64,000 nucleotides of DNA from Rhizophagus irregularis (lineage: Eukaryota). The stretch spans positions 992,001 to 1,056,000 of the forward strand of contig NC_089433.1 of assembly GCF_026210795.1 (NCBI RefSeq). The letters run 5' to 3'. The notes under the pieces were generated by a model. It saw only the letters and a program-made list of their open reading frames with translations. It was not told the DNA's origin and ran no database searches. The position numbers and the translations under genes were made by a program. Shown here piece by piece: positions 1 through 12,104 of this stretch (the stretch's first letter is position 1; the number at the start of each line of letters is the position of its first letter).

Positions 1-89
1 AGGCTGAAGAAAAAGAATTTGCAGTTTTTGTCATTTGACAATAATGTATCTAATGAAAAGAAAAATAATAAATATATTGTATATTACTT

Positions 90-1248
90 TTACATTAAAA
101 CCACAGGTGCAATTCTTTTCTTACCATTATAAATTAAAGAATTAATTTGCGATAATGTATTTTGCTGCAATATAGACTTGGGACGTTCATAATAAGCCAA
201 AGAGTGAGGATTTTTATGCCGTGACACAGACATCACATCATTATCACTAATTCCTTCACTTTTTGAAATTTGAATAAAGGTTTTTTGTCCACTATGATTT
301 GTGAACTTTCTTTTATCACAATCGATTTCAGTTATTGTTGCAATTTCTTTCATAAGTCCTTTTACCGATTTTTCTCTCATTTGAGCAGATTTGAACCAAT
401 AACCTGTAAACTCAACTATTTGAAATTAAAAGAAAGGTAAAAAAAAATAATAATTTACTACATAATAAATAATTACCTTCATTATTGTTGCAAGGTTGCA
501 AGTAAAATGCATCTTCACAAATTGGTGGTCTTTTACTAAAATAAAGCTCATAATCTTGAATAACAGCATTATCAGCAGGTATTGAAATTACTTCAGCTTT
601 AGAATTAGATTCACTTAAAGATCTCTAATTACACTTAGATCTATAAAATGTAACGTCAATACCACCATCCTTTCTTTTTTTAAATTGTTGTATCTTTAGA
701 TTATAATGCTCTCCACCTCGAAGAGCTAATTCAAAAGTATTATGCCAAAATATGTGTCGTATAAGTCCTTTTGGTAAATCTGGTTGCATTGTGGGATGAT
801 TAATAATTTTCCTAATCTCATCTTGAGTAAAAGCATCTGCACCATGTATTTCACCTAATCCCTAATCAGTTAAAAGTTTGATCTTGCCAGTAATTGCGTT
901 ATATAATTCAGAATATATATTTTTATTTGTAATTTCTTGTGGACGAATTTTAGAATATGTGTTGATATGTCATGCAATAGCAAATCTTGCTGATTTTATT
1001 GATTGTACTGAATATTCAGCTCCATTTTGCTGCTTACATGAAACAAAAAATAAAACAAGTTGACGCTCTAACTCTTCTTTAGAATTCACATCATCTATTT
1101 TTCCAGGTAATCCAATATCCTTACGAAAAGTTTCAAGTGCATTAGTCCAAGTACTTGTAGAATTATGTGTAGCTTTGCCACGAGCTGCTGTTTGCATACT
1201 TTTTATTTTTTCTTCAGTAGGGGCCATATATGTGAAAGTTTCTTTATT
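90..1248 (-). pseudogene. Crypton-type tyrosine recombinase (DUF3504-like) transposon gene, inactivated; probably continues off the window start
   Basis: Reading through stops at 970-972 (TGA), 862-864 (TAG) and 625-627 (TAG) and splicing a GT-AG intron 476-404 gives ...ELALRGGEHYNL...SKCN*RSL...GYWFKSAQM...FTNHSGQKTFIQ...VMSVSRHKNPHSLAYYERP. This is the R..K..HxxR..H..Y tyrosine-recombinase layout, with HSGR changed to HSGQ. Confidence 0.85.
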
Positions 1249-1490
1249 CTAAAAAAAAATCTTTAATAAAATGCAAAAAAAAAATAAAATAAAATATTAA
1301 CTGAATGAATACAAATAAATATTACTTTTGAGATTTTTGTGGTGGCATTATTATAAAAATACTAAAGAGTCAGCAAGAGAAAAAAGCACAATTTGTAAAT
1401 CATTTTTTCAATATAAACAGTAAAAAATTAAACTTTTAAATAAACTTTTTTAAGCTTTTAAATGTTATGGTCAGTTCCAAACGATAATAA

Positions 1491-1638
1491 TATTATTGTA
1501 CAGGGGGCAAAATCACTTATTTTATAGGTCAATGTATGATTGGTTACTAATTTTGCCACTGACGTGGCAAAATTAAAACCAATCATACATTGACCTATAC
1601 TAAAATAAGTGATATTGCTCCTCCCCTATACAATAATA
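1491..1638. repeat. ~150 bp imperfect palindrome next to the 5' end of the Crypton gene
   Basis: Arm tattattgtacagggggcaaaatcacttattttataggtcaatgtatgattggtt...ttttgccac pairs with gtggcaaaa...aaccaatcatacattgacctata...aaaataagtgat...caataata around a tiny loop near 1561. Confidence 0.85.
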
Positions 1639-1747
1639 TATAATTAAAAGCAAATTAAAAAGGTTAAAATGTCTGGTCATACATAGTATGTTCATGTAAT
1701 CATCATGTTATATGTGTATTTATCGCCCATCTAATACTCTATAAAAC

Positions 1748-3332
1748 TTAACAGTTAATTGCATGTTTAGCTTGGGGAGCATATATAAGAGTTTTCTTTC
1801 TACAATATAATAAGTAACTAACAGATATAATAATTATTACAGTTGCAATACCACCAGTTGTTCCACCTATTATTGCTGCATGATCTGCTCCAGGTGATTT
1901 AGCTGGATAGGCTATTTTTGTATTATTTGGAGTAGTTGCAATACTACCAGATGTTCCACCTATTATTGCCGATTTAGCTGTTTTTGTAATAATTGGAGTA
2001 AAACTTTTAACCCACTTATAATTATTTTTTTCGCTCACATCAATCATATGAATCTGATCACTAAAAACATCGTCAGTAGTATGTCCTAAATAATATAATA
2101 ATTTGAAGAAAAATTAAATAAACTTAATTCAAGTAAAGCAAGACTTCATCAATACAACATTCTCACCAAATGCAATAATCATATAATTTCCAACAAGAGT
2201 AGCCGTATGATCACTGAATGGTGCAGAGCTAGGTGCAGGATCGATATTAGGAAAGGACCATGTAAAGGGGTCTACTTTGGTATCTAAAACTGATATTTGA
2301 TCGGGAACAGGGGATCCCATTTTGTTTATTCCTCCATAAATAATAATAAGACCATCTTGTGCTAGAAATTATTTAATCCATTTTATTAAAAATATTTATT
2401 TAAAATCTAATATATGTATTTTTAAATTTTGATATATACTTAAGACCGCTGTGTGTGAAGCTCTAAGTGATGGTTCAATTCCACTTGTACTCTATGAATA
2501 ATTGAGTTGTAACAAGTTTTGTGCATTAAGTAGCAGAGAATAAAAAATTGGCATAAATACCCTTCTCCTTTACGAAATTATTTACCATATTTCTCCATGT
2601 TCCATCATTGGTATCATATATATAAATATTCCGAAACTGCGTTAATATAATAAACATACAGTCAATTAAAATAATTACGTATCTAATAATGATAAAAATA
2701 ATTCAAAATAGTCGTACATTAACCCACAAACCATTTATTCTTTCGCCGATATAAGCAATTCTTCCATCTGGTAATAAGATCTCCGGAGCAAGAGAATTTG
2801 TTATATTAAATTCATACGATACTGTATTCCAGTGGGTAGTATCTATACTAATGGTCATCATATATTTATTAACATTATCAGGGTAACCATATATATATAT
2901 ATATGATCCATTTTTATTACAGACGGCTGATGACCATTGAACATTACTGATTACTGTACCCGGAACCCACTCTTTGTTATTAATAAATCTATAAGAAAAA
3001 CTTTCTTTAGAAACTCTACAAATTAGAAAGATCGTATCTTTGTTAGGACCACAAATAGTTGATACCCCATTATAATGAGGATAAATTTGACGAGCATCGT
3101 TACTTAAATCAACTATTAGTAAAGTAGAATCCAAATTAAAAGGTATTGAAACGTCTAAATAAAAAAAATCATTGGTACCAGCAGGATATTTTTTTGTCAT
3201 TCCACCAAAAAAATAAATTTTATTGTCCATATAACTTGCGGTGTGACCAATACGTCCAACAAGTGTATAAGGACTAATAATAATTAATTGAGAAAAAAAA
3301 ACAAAAAAGAATATAGAATATCGAAAATACAT
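1748..3332 (-). CDS. Kelch/galactose-oxidase-type beta-propeller single-pass membrane protein, 5 exons
   Basis: Exons 3332-2718, 2636-2586, 2491-2440, 2361-2167 and 2085-1748 join in frame through GT-AG introns. N-terminal signal peptide, Kelch motifs (GRIGHTAS..IYFFGG, RASHTAV..IIIYGG, DHTATLVGNYMIIAFG), and a C-terminal TM helix followed by RKK. Confidence 0.85.
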
Positions 3333-3595
3333 TTAATATGTTTAAAATAACAAATTAAACACATTCATTTGGTAATATGCTACAAGTCCACAACAGTGCA
3401 AAAAAAATTTACGAGCGATAAAGTAAAAATTGAAATTCAATATAGGACTAAATATTTATGTGTTGCCTATGATTAAATAGCGAATTATTTAGCCTGTATA
3501 AGTTAGGTTTTGTTACACACTTAGCTTCTTTAGTATAGATAATGAGACATGTCATATTTGTACATGATTTGCAATCAATCATTGGATGTTGCACG

Positions 3596-3778
3596 CGGTT
3601 ATTAGCTTTTTACTACAACTACAACGTGCTTCTGATTACGAGTACATGTAACTACTTTACCATTACGTACTACCTAACTACGTAATTATATTTTTTTTAC
3701 ATGACTACATGACTACGTGATATATTATGTACTCATAGTCACACCTGCATTGTAGTTGTAGTAATTAAATATATAATC
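3596..3778. mobile_element. MITE-like insertion with a 9-bp flanking direct repeat (Mutator-like), upstream of the Kelch gene
   Basis: tgttgcacg at 3587-3595 and 3779-3787. Internal inverted repeat ttactacaactacaa (3610-3624) / ttgtagttgtagtaa (3750-3764), plus gagtacat/atgtactc. Confidence 0.6.
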
Positions 3779-4979
3779 TGTTGCACGTCTATCTTGGTAT
3801 ATAAAATGCACTATATATATTTCTGGTTGCTTACCAGAAATAATTCATTTATGTTAAAATAATATACTGTAAATTTCATATGTTTCTGTTATTTGCATTT
3901 AAATTTTAGTTTAAGACCTTGCAAATTTTAATTGTTAAGTTCTTTTATCACGGTTTAAATCATGATAATATGGAGGTAATCCAGCTGTATAATTTTGCCC
4001 TCTTAAAATTTTGGTAGTAAAACATCTAATACGGAAACGAGAACTTTCCTCTCTCACTCTCTTCTTTATCTTCACTATAGGAATGGAAACGACTCAGTTA
4101 GCAGTTCTGCGAGCCAAACCAAGTCAGAGTGAGCCTAACCGATAGGACCCCAGACTTTCAAACGAGTCACATGACGTTATACAAATTTCCAAAAAAGTAA
4201 ATTGAACTGACGATCACTAAATCTAATTGTTCGGCTTGGACCTACTTCCCTCTATCCTTATTGTTATTATATTCCAGCATTTATTAATATGTTTAACTTT
4301 TATCTTACATATTTTTAGAGACAAAAAGTGAAAAATGAATAAGTTCTTATAATATTTTATTCTGGATGGATAGATTTTTTTGTTATTGTTTGATCAATAA
4401 TAGTGTGATCATGTATAATTAGCCTAAGAATAATCTTTTTTCGATAATGGTAAAATATTTTTCTTTCTCAAAAATGCAACTTCCCATATATCATGTCTAG
4501 TAATTCGTGGTGCATTACAATTTACATAGAAAATTTAAATATTTTAAATTACCTTGAAAAATACATGCTTAATCCAGTATAATAAATAAACACGCTAGAC
4601 TAAAATTGAATATCAAAATCCTTACATAAACTTAATTCTTTGGTTAGACTAACTATTAATGGCGCAATATAATTATTTTTTCGTCTGATTTTTCAGAAAT
4701 TACTTTAGTAATTTCATTTCCTAATAATCCTAATACCAATTAAAGGTCGCAAACTAGTTTTTCAAATACAAATGAAACATTAACTAACACATCTATAGTT
4801 ATTAATGAACGGCAGATAAAAAGAGTCGTATAAGTCATCAAAATTTGGTGTATTTACAGATGATGATAATTCTCTTGAAGAAGTTCGCCTATTGAAAAGG
4901 TTGATATACTTGCACATTGGAAGGCAAAATCAAAAGATCTACAATGTTCCAAGTGAACAAATGTTTAGTATAGCAGAGT

Positions 4980-5307
4980 AGGACCCCGAGCTATTCAGGT
5001 CCTGGTTATTTGCTTAGAATGAGCCAAAATCATGTAGATCACTTCCATTTGTGCATAATGCCGGCCAGCATTACATAGTGCGTCCCTGAAGAAATGCGTA
5101 GAGCTAATAGTAAATGTGTGCTGATCTCCTATGTATTGTATATAACGGTATCAGGACATTTCGCCGAAAGCCATTTCGCCGAAAAATAATCTCTGGCCTG
5201 AGTTATTTATAATTCTGCATAATGTTGGCCCTATTTTTCGGCGAAACGTCCTTTCGGCGAAATGGCTTTCGGCGAAATGTCCTGATACCGTATATAACTC
5301 GGGTCCT
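4980..5307. mobile_element. Non-autonomous DNA transposon with AGGACCC termini and 8-bp TSD
   Basis: Termini aggaccccgag / ctcgggtcct. TSD agcagagt at 4972-4979 and 5308-5315. Confidence 0.75.
5147..5289. mobile_element. Mutator/foldback-like MITE with tandem subterminal repeats
   Basis: Perfect TIR ggtatcaggacatttcgccgaaagccatttcgccgaaa with repeated tttcgccgaaa units. 9-bp TSD gtatataac at 5138-5146 and 5290-5298 (or 7-bp tatataa if the ends are drawn one base wider). Confidence 0.9.
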
Positions 5308-7803
5308 AGCAGAGTTTACAATAGATCCAACAAGAAATCTCTGAATCCAGAAAAAGTGTGCATCTCTTTGTCTTATATTAACTTGGTTCGCAGCAGGATT
5401 AATTGAAGAAGATCTTATGAACTAGTAGAATACTATAAATACAAAGTTGTTATAACTGTAAAAACATCTTAACAGACGTACCTGACTCGCTATGAAACAA
5501 CAACTTTATGATCATTACTCCAAGACAATATCCCAACTTTTGTTCTTCCAAATACTTGAGTTCAGATTCTGAAATCAAATTCTTCTTATATCAACCTAAC
5601 GCCTTTCTAAGATGGACACTATCTGCTGGATCTGACAATATGCTATCACCTTAAAACCACGCTCGCTTAAAACATTACCAAATATGAGAGTTTTTTTTTA
5701 TGTTCCTTTTGGGAGATATAAAAATAAATTTTAAAAGCCGATCAAAACCCAGCTTTATCTTTCTTACAATACCGCGCACCAGAAAAATGTAAAATTCTTT
5801 TCTTCATTTTTCAAAGTTATATTATAATATGCGTTGTAAAGCAGGAAAAATAAAACGTTCCAAGCTATAGAATCAGCAGCAAATGAATGGAATGATGAAA
5901 TGATGATGACTCCAGTGATAGATCATTTATAGGACAATATAATAATAAGTCAACTGTTTATCATGTGATAAATAATGCGTATATGTGAAATTTTATTTGT
6001 CTGCTTATATTTTATTGCTAATCGTATCTTATTCACGGAATTTATAGCCTCAAATGCTTAGATTTTTAGTTATTTTTTCCGTAAATATATCATATTCACA
6101 GAGTTCTTACAAAATTACGGATAAAACATTTTATAAGGAGGAATTATTTAAAAAACTTCAAAGAATAAAGAAATACATGGCAAAGGCATGTAATATAACG
6201 AAAATAATGAAATATTTGAAATCACAAGCTTCTAAAAAAAAATGAATTCAAATCAAGAGATATTGTAAATTATAATAAAACTTTAAAACAAAATGTTATA
6301 CAAGTAATAATGTTACGTAAATTATGGATCAAATTTTAGATCAATTAAATGTATAAATTAAGTCTCTTAGTTGCTAACTATAATTAATTATTGAAACAAA
6401 AAATCGTATAATAGGTCGTTAACGTTTGTACAGTACAAATTCTTCATTCGCAACATTAAGGTGGTGATCAAACACCTAACCTATACTAATTCCTATCCTC
6501 TACCAAGGGTCTTCACTATGCTACCGAAAGGTTGAAAGATGACTTTGTCTTATCGAATTATTGGTATCATCTGAATGTGCAATCTACAAAGTCCAAGCGT
6601 CTATTAATAACTGTATTACTGTTAATTCATGCTTGTCGTTTTAAAAAGCTCTACAGTAAAAGTTTATGTTGTTAGGAGGATGAGCCGATACTTTAATAAT
6701 TTATTACTTAATACTATTAGTTTTTTATACAACTAATAGTTTTTTATTCCTTTTTCATGTAAAAACAGTTTTAGATAACGGAAATAAAGAAAGTCTTTTA
6801 AGCATTTTGTTATTATTATGTTTATTATTTAAATTTTTTTATTAAAAAACTCAACAAGAATGGTGTCTACTACGAAGACGGTAGTCAACTACTGAAACAA
6901 AATCACTTTTTTCCACAAAATTTAATAATAAAGTTTTTTCAACACGCTATTTAAATTTCTTAAAAACATCCAGCGGCGATTTTATAAATCGCCATACGGT
7001 AAAAAGAATATAAATATAACAAACAAAAATAAAAAATAAATTCTCAGTATTAACAAATAACGCGTCTATTATTAACTGTATGCTATATTTAATTTATGTA
7101 TATACAATGAAGTTGGTGGCTTGTGTCTGTCTCCCATTATAAGTATAGGTTGTTAATAAGTTGAAGATATATAGCAAACATGACTCGTCATGATTAAGTA
7201 GTTAAAAGCTACAATATAATCATGAGTCATCTTATGTTGAATTTTCCGATTTAACCGTACGTATTGTAACTATTGTTTGTAATATTGTTGAGTAATCGAT
7301 TACAAACATTGATATCATTCATATACAAAGTTTATACAATATTTATACAATCCTTTTTCTTTTTTTTTAATATACATCTCTCTCCTATTCTTCGATCCTT
7401 TAGAAAAAAGGTAACTCAACTTTTCACACAACTAAATACTTTTTTTTCATGCGCAAATAAATACTTTTTTTTCACGCACAAACAATTTTTTCACGTCACG
7501 CAAATGAATACTTTTTTTCATGCAAATAATATCTAGGTATTATCAAATATCTCAAAACCATTTCCGGATAACATTTAATAACTTCAACCATTTCCGTAAT
7601 AACGTCTGATATCTCATAACTTCAACCGGTCCGTAATGACATCATTTCACTGGTATTTATTTCTTTATTTTATTTTCCTCTTCTTGCGTTTTCTTTTCTC
7701 TTTATTCGTTTTATTTTATTACTTATTTATTCTTCTTATTTATTTATTCGTTTTTTTATATTTATTTTTTTTCCTACTTTTTGGATATTACAATGTTAAA
7801 GGA

Positions 7804-8418
7804 TCTAGTACTGGTAGGTATTCTTTGATGTAAGAAGTGTCTAGTAGGTACATTCAAGTGGTGTATCGATTTGAGTTTCCAGTTGATCCCTGGTTTGTGT
7901 CTATGATGATGACATGCCTACTTAGCTTTTTGGTACATGGTAGCCAACTTTCAGGACCAGCATGGGCACTCAACAACCGATACAGCAATGACATTTTTCA
8001 CTAACTTTTGATAAAATCTATTTTGTAGATTAGCGTACATCGGTATAATCCATTTTGGTTTCATTGATAGATGCCACAACAGCCACGTCAACGAACCCGT
8101 AGACTTCACCATGGTTTCATGGGTGAATGTAAAAGGGTGGTGAGAGGTGAGATAAGAGCTAGGAATTATCAAAACGAGGTTAGAGGGATCTCTAGTACTG
8201 GTAGGTATTCTTTAATGATGTAAGAAGTGTCTAGTAGGTACATTCAAGTGGTGTATCGATTTGAGTTTCCAGTTGATCCCTGGTTTGTGTCTATGATGAT
8301 GACATGCCTACTTAGCTTTTTGGTACATGGTAGCCAACTTTCAGGACCAGCATAGGCACTCAACAACCGATACAGTAATGGCATTTTTCACTAACTTTTG
8401 AAAAAATCTATTTTGTAG
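7804..8418 (+). repeat. Tandem duplication (~225 bp, period ~390) of an exon end plus an entire structured intron
   Basis: 7804-8028 and 8191-8418 are near-identical. Each has GTAGGT and GTAAGA donors, a CTAAC branch point and a TTTGTAG acceptor. Confidence 0.95.
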
Positions 8419-8798
8419 GTTATGAAGTTCGAGCTAGGGATCATGCTCTAGCTGATTTTGAGGCGTATGTGGATCAATTGATTGCTAATAGGCAGAGTCC
8501 TATTGCTCCAGCTTATTCTTACTCTGAAGGGATGTTGGGTCAATTAAGCACAGATATCTTGACTGATCCGGGAATTGATCCATACGTATTTTATTACTGT
8601 GATGATAATAATTTTGGTTGTTTGTGTGGCCATGTGCATAATTCTGTTAAGCTGGTCCATCGATGTCATAGATCATTAATTTGGTGTGCATATAATAGGT
8701 ATGATGGTTGTAATTATTTGATGAGGGTTTTAAATTGGGTTCAGGATCATGTAGCTAAATTTGTTAATTATTATGATAATGGAATGTATAAGTATTAG
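8071..8798 (+). CDS. Gene A: small Arg-rich protein with a CxxGHxH...C putative zinc-binding motif (169 aa, 2 exons)
   Basis: Exon 8071-8200 (MPQQPRQRTRRLHHGFMGECKRVVRGEIRARNYQNEVRGISST), phase-1 intron 8201-8418 (GTAGGT..CTAAC..TAG), and exon 8419-8798 joining the 8469 ORF (..FGCLCGHVHNSVKLVHRCHRSLI..). Confidence 0.7.
8201..8418 (+). ncRNA. Candidate structured intronic RNA element (gene A)
   Basis: Nested complementarities tgtatcg/cgataca, ttgagt/actcaa, gtgtctatg/cataggcac, ccag/ctgg, ttgg/ccaa and gtaagaagtgtc/ggcatttttcac. Visibly more GC-rich and longer than most other introns in the window. Confidence 0.5.
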
Positions 8799-11700
8799 GA
8801 CTATGGTAAATTTTCATAATGCTGATTTTGAGGCAAGAGAGGAACATTGTATTTGTATCATTATTATTAATTAATTGTATTATCACAATGTTATTTTAAA
8901 ATATCTAACAGAATAGACATATACTGTATATTAATTTGCGTGAGTGATAACTTTTTGAATTAAAAAAGAAAATAATAAATTGTTAAATAGAATAAATAAA
9001 AGAATTTAACAAAAAAAAAAACTTTATAAAAAAATTCTTACTTAGAAGTGAAATATGCAAAATAATTAAATTACACTTTACAGAAATAAATATCTTTGAA
9101 ACGGAGGAACCCATGTTCAGGTTTACATAAAACATAAACGTTATATGGATACAATTATTGTTAATGACAAAAAATTGCTATTAAATTTTAAATTGTACAT
9201 CTAAAGGAATTTGTTTGATATAGTAAGGAATAGATATTGATGAGATCTGAATTTTTGGAGTTAATATTGCTGAAAGTGAAGATGACATTAAAAATTTGGA
9301 ACAATATATTGATACCTATCCGCCTAACGCCTATTAAATGGTTAGATATGAGTTTCATAAATCTTCAAAAAAAGTACATTTGTATTATTATACAATCGCG
9401 ACTACTTGTAAGGATGTTTCACCTCTTTAACATCCTACCGTTAACCTTATTAAAAAAAAAAGGTTATAAAAAAAAAGTTTTTTTTTCATTTGTATAAGGT
9501 CTGCCTGCAATGAATTTGTTGAAAATAGTTAAAAATTTAATTTATCGAAATAAAATAAATAAAATGCAATTTATTTTTTAAAAGTTTATCCTTTTTTAAA
9601 CGGCTCACGGTTCACGCCCTCGATGGATAGAAATCATCCGTTAATTCCGTTAATTCAAAATTTTGGTATATCGATACGTTATTTCATTGTTTTATTAATT
9701 ATTCATATCCGTCCACAAAATTTTAAATGTTTCGTATCACATTAAAATCTTGTTTCTAATAAATAATTTTTTTTAATAAAAAATTGCGTAATTATTTTCG
9801 TGATTGCGTGGTACGCAGTCGTTGCACACTTCATCTTTTTACCCAACTAGTATAAAATTAAAATGTTCATTAAATTTTTAGAATTCATTTGAGGTTGTCG
9901 CTAAATATTCACTAAAATTTTAATTTAATGCACGATCTGAAATGATAATATATATCGAAAAAATTACTTACCTTAATTATTGACTTCTTAAGCGTTCAAG
10001 CGTTCTTAATAATTATTTATTCATTTCTTCTTGTTCTAGTTTCTCAAATTATAAAGAAATAACATTTTATTTAAAACATGACTTCAAATTATTCAACTAA
10101 AAAGTTTTTAATTTTCATATTTAAACAAAATATTTATTAAAAAAAGTAAAGTTTATTTATTTATATACTGTATAATTAAAATGAAATCTAAAAAGTGATG
10201 TGAATAAATTTTATGTTAATGAGAGAAATTTGTGGATTATATGTTGAAAGGTAAGAAAAAAAAAAATTTAACAACAAATGAACTGACATAGTATAAATTA
10301 TTTGACATTCTTCCAAAATTTCTCAAATTAAAAACGTTAATACTCAATAAATACTATGAAAGAGTAATATATCTCAAAAATGTTAGAAATCTACATATTT
10401 AACAAAATTATGATCAAACTAAATATAAACCTCAAGTTGTTCAGGCCAAGCTGAATAAATTTTACCAAAACCACCAATGGTAATATAAGTAATATCTTTA
10501 ACTATTCCGCCTAATCTTTGCAGCTCGCGAGTAACTAAACAGTCACTCTTGAACTGCAAAAATTAAGTATCACGACTATTAGTCTTTTTTCATTTAATAT
10601 CGACCAGCTCGAAACCTCATTCAAGAACTCTGAGCTTGAGCTGCATTCTGAAATTTCTTTATAGCCACTATATATGTATCTGCAATTTCGAACTATTAAT
10701 AAGAAGTTCAGGAGAGCCGTGAATATTGTATGAACGAAAATGTGGTTTTTGTGAAAGTTACGATTATTGAAGTTTATATGTGCAAATTGTACCATGTCGC
10801 ATTCCGAAATTTCTTTGTATTGTTTCAGCATTAATATTAATGAGAATTGTGTGAAAAAAAACAGAGTTTAACCTTTTTTTTTCAAAAAAAAAAAAGGATT
10901 TATATTTAATACGTTGCGTAATCGTGTAACAACAACGTTAGACAAAGGAATTTAGGTTTATTCATTATATCATGTGAATTATGCAAATTCTGATTGGCTC
11001 AGATTTGAACAATATATTATATTAGATCATAGCTACGATTACTCAAAATTACTCAAAATTACAATACCCCTTGTTCGATCTAATACTGACAAAGCGAAAA
11101 AAATACCTTTTAAAATATTTACTTAAACTGCTTTCGTAATTATTTCTTTTCACGTAATTAGATACGTAAGCAGTATTATTCGGTTATTCGAATAACGCCC
11201 ACTTGCTTTTAACCAAAGTTACAGGTTAACCGATTAAAGTTAAACCAATTAAAACGCTGATTATTCCAGATCATCGAATAAAGTCCTAAATGGAATATTA
11301 ATTCTTCTACTGCGTTCAAAGACAATACTTTGTCGGATCATGGCAAAACTTCCTTAATATGGAAAATTATCATTTCAATAAAAATAAATAAATAATTTTT
11401 AGATTCTTTGTTTTATAAACTATTATGTTAAGCCCTTATCATTGTGTTAATCATAAGACACTATAAATTAAAACATATAAGGCAATTCTAATCGCAACAA
11501 AAGAAAATATTAATGGGCGTACAAAATAATTGTAACCAATCACTAAGCGGAATCGGAGTAAATAGGGCGGTTCTATTTGTTATACGAAAAAAAAAAAATT
11601 TTATTGTAAATGAGAATCCTAAATAGAAAATATTAATAGTAATTAAAAAATCAAGCGTTATCATCATTGCAAACATGGAAATTTATGAAAAACAACAAAT

Positions 11701-12104
11701 TTACAAAAAGAATAGTTTGATTTTTTTCTTAAGATCATATCAATGGATTATTCTATCTAAATATCTAACGAATGAACAATATAAATAAATAAATAAATTA
11801 AATTATAGAAATTTTAAAATAAATGTACTAATAAATTCAAAGATTACCACATATGGTAATTCTAATTATAACAAAAGTATATATTAATTTTGATTTTAAT
11901 ATATTTGTTTGGCCAATTGTCGGAAAGTCCCTTCCAATAACCGTCGAAAATAATTGTTATTGTTTCTATTTTTGGTAATATGAGAAGGGCATGCAATACT
12001 CCTGCAATATAAAGGAAAAAAAAATTTCTTTGTTTTTCTTATATAAACCCGTGTTTTTTTTTTAAAAAAAAAACAAAAAAAAAAATTAGGAAAATTCCAT
12101 TTTA

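Larger units (their letters stand above)
4895..5400 (+). pseudogene. hAT transposase C-terminal dimerisation-domain remnant, interrupted by insertions
   Basis: Removing 4980-5315 gives DILAHWKAKSKD..NVPSEQMFSIAEFTIDPTRN(L)..NPEKV..SLCL with frameshifts, matching the hAT W...PSER.FS.A......RN.L consensus. Confidence 0.7.

Noticed and set aside
7273..7833. Phe/Leu-rich ORFs upstream of gene A
   Set aside because: T-rich low-complexity sequence and short degenerate repeats, not credible coding sequence.
8286..8375. Box C/D snoRNA in the gene A intron (ATGATGA at 8293-8299)
   Set aside because: No canonical CTGA box D downstream within the intron, and the gene B intron lacks a box C; only an Rfam search could fully exclude it.
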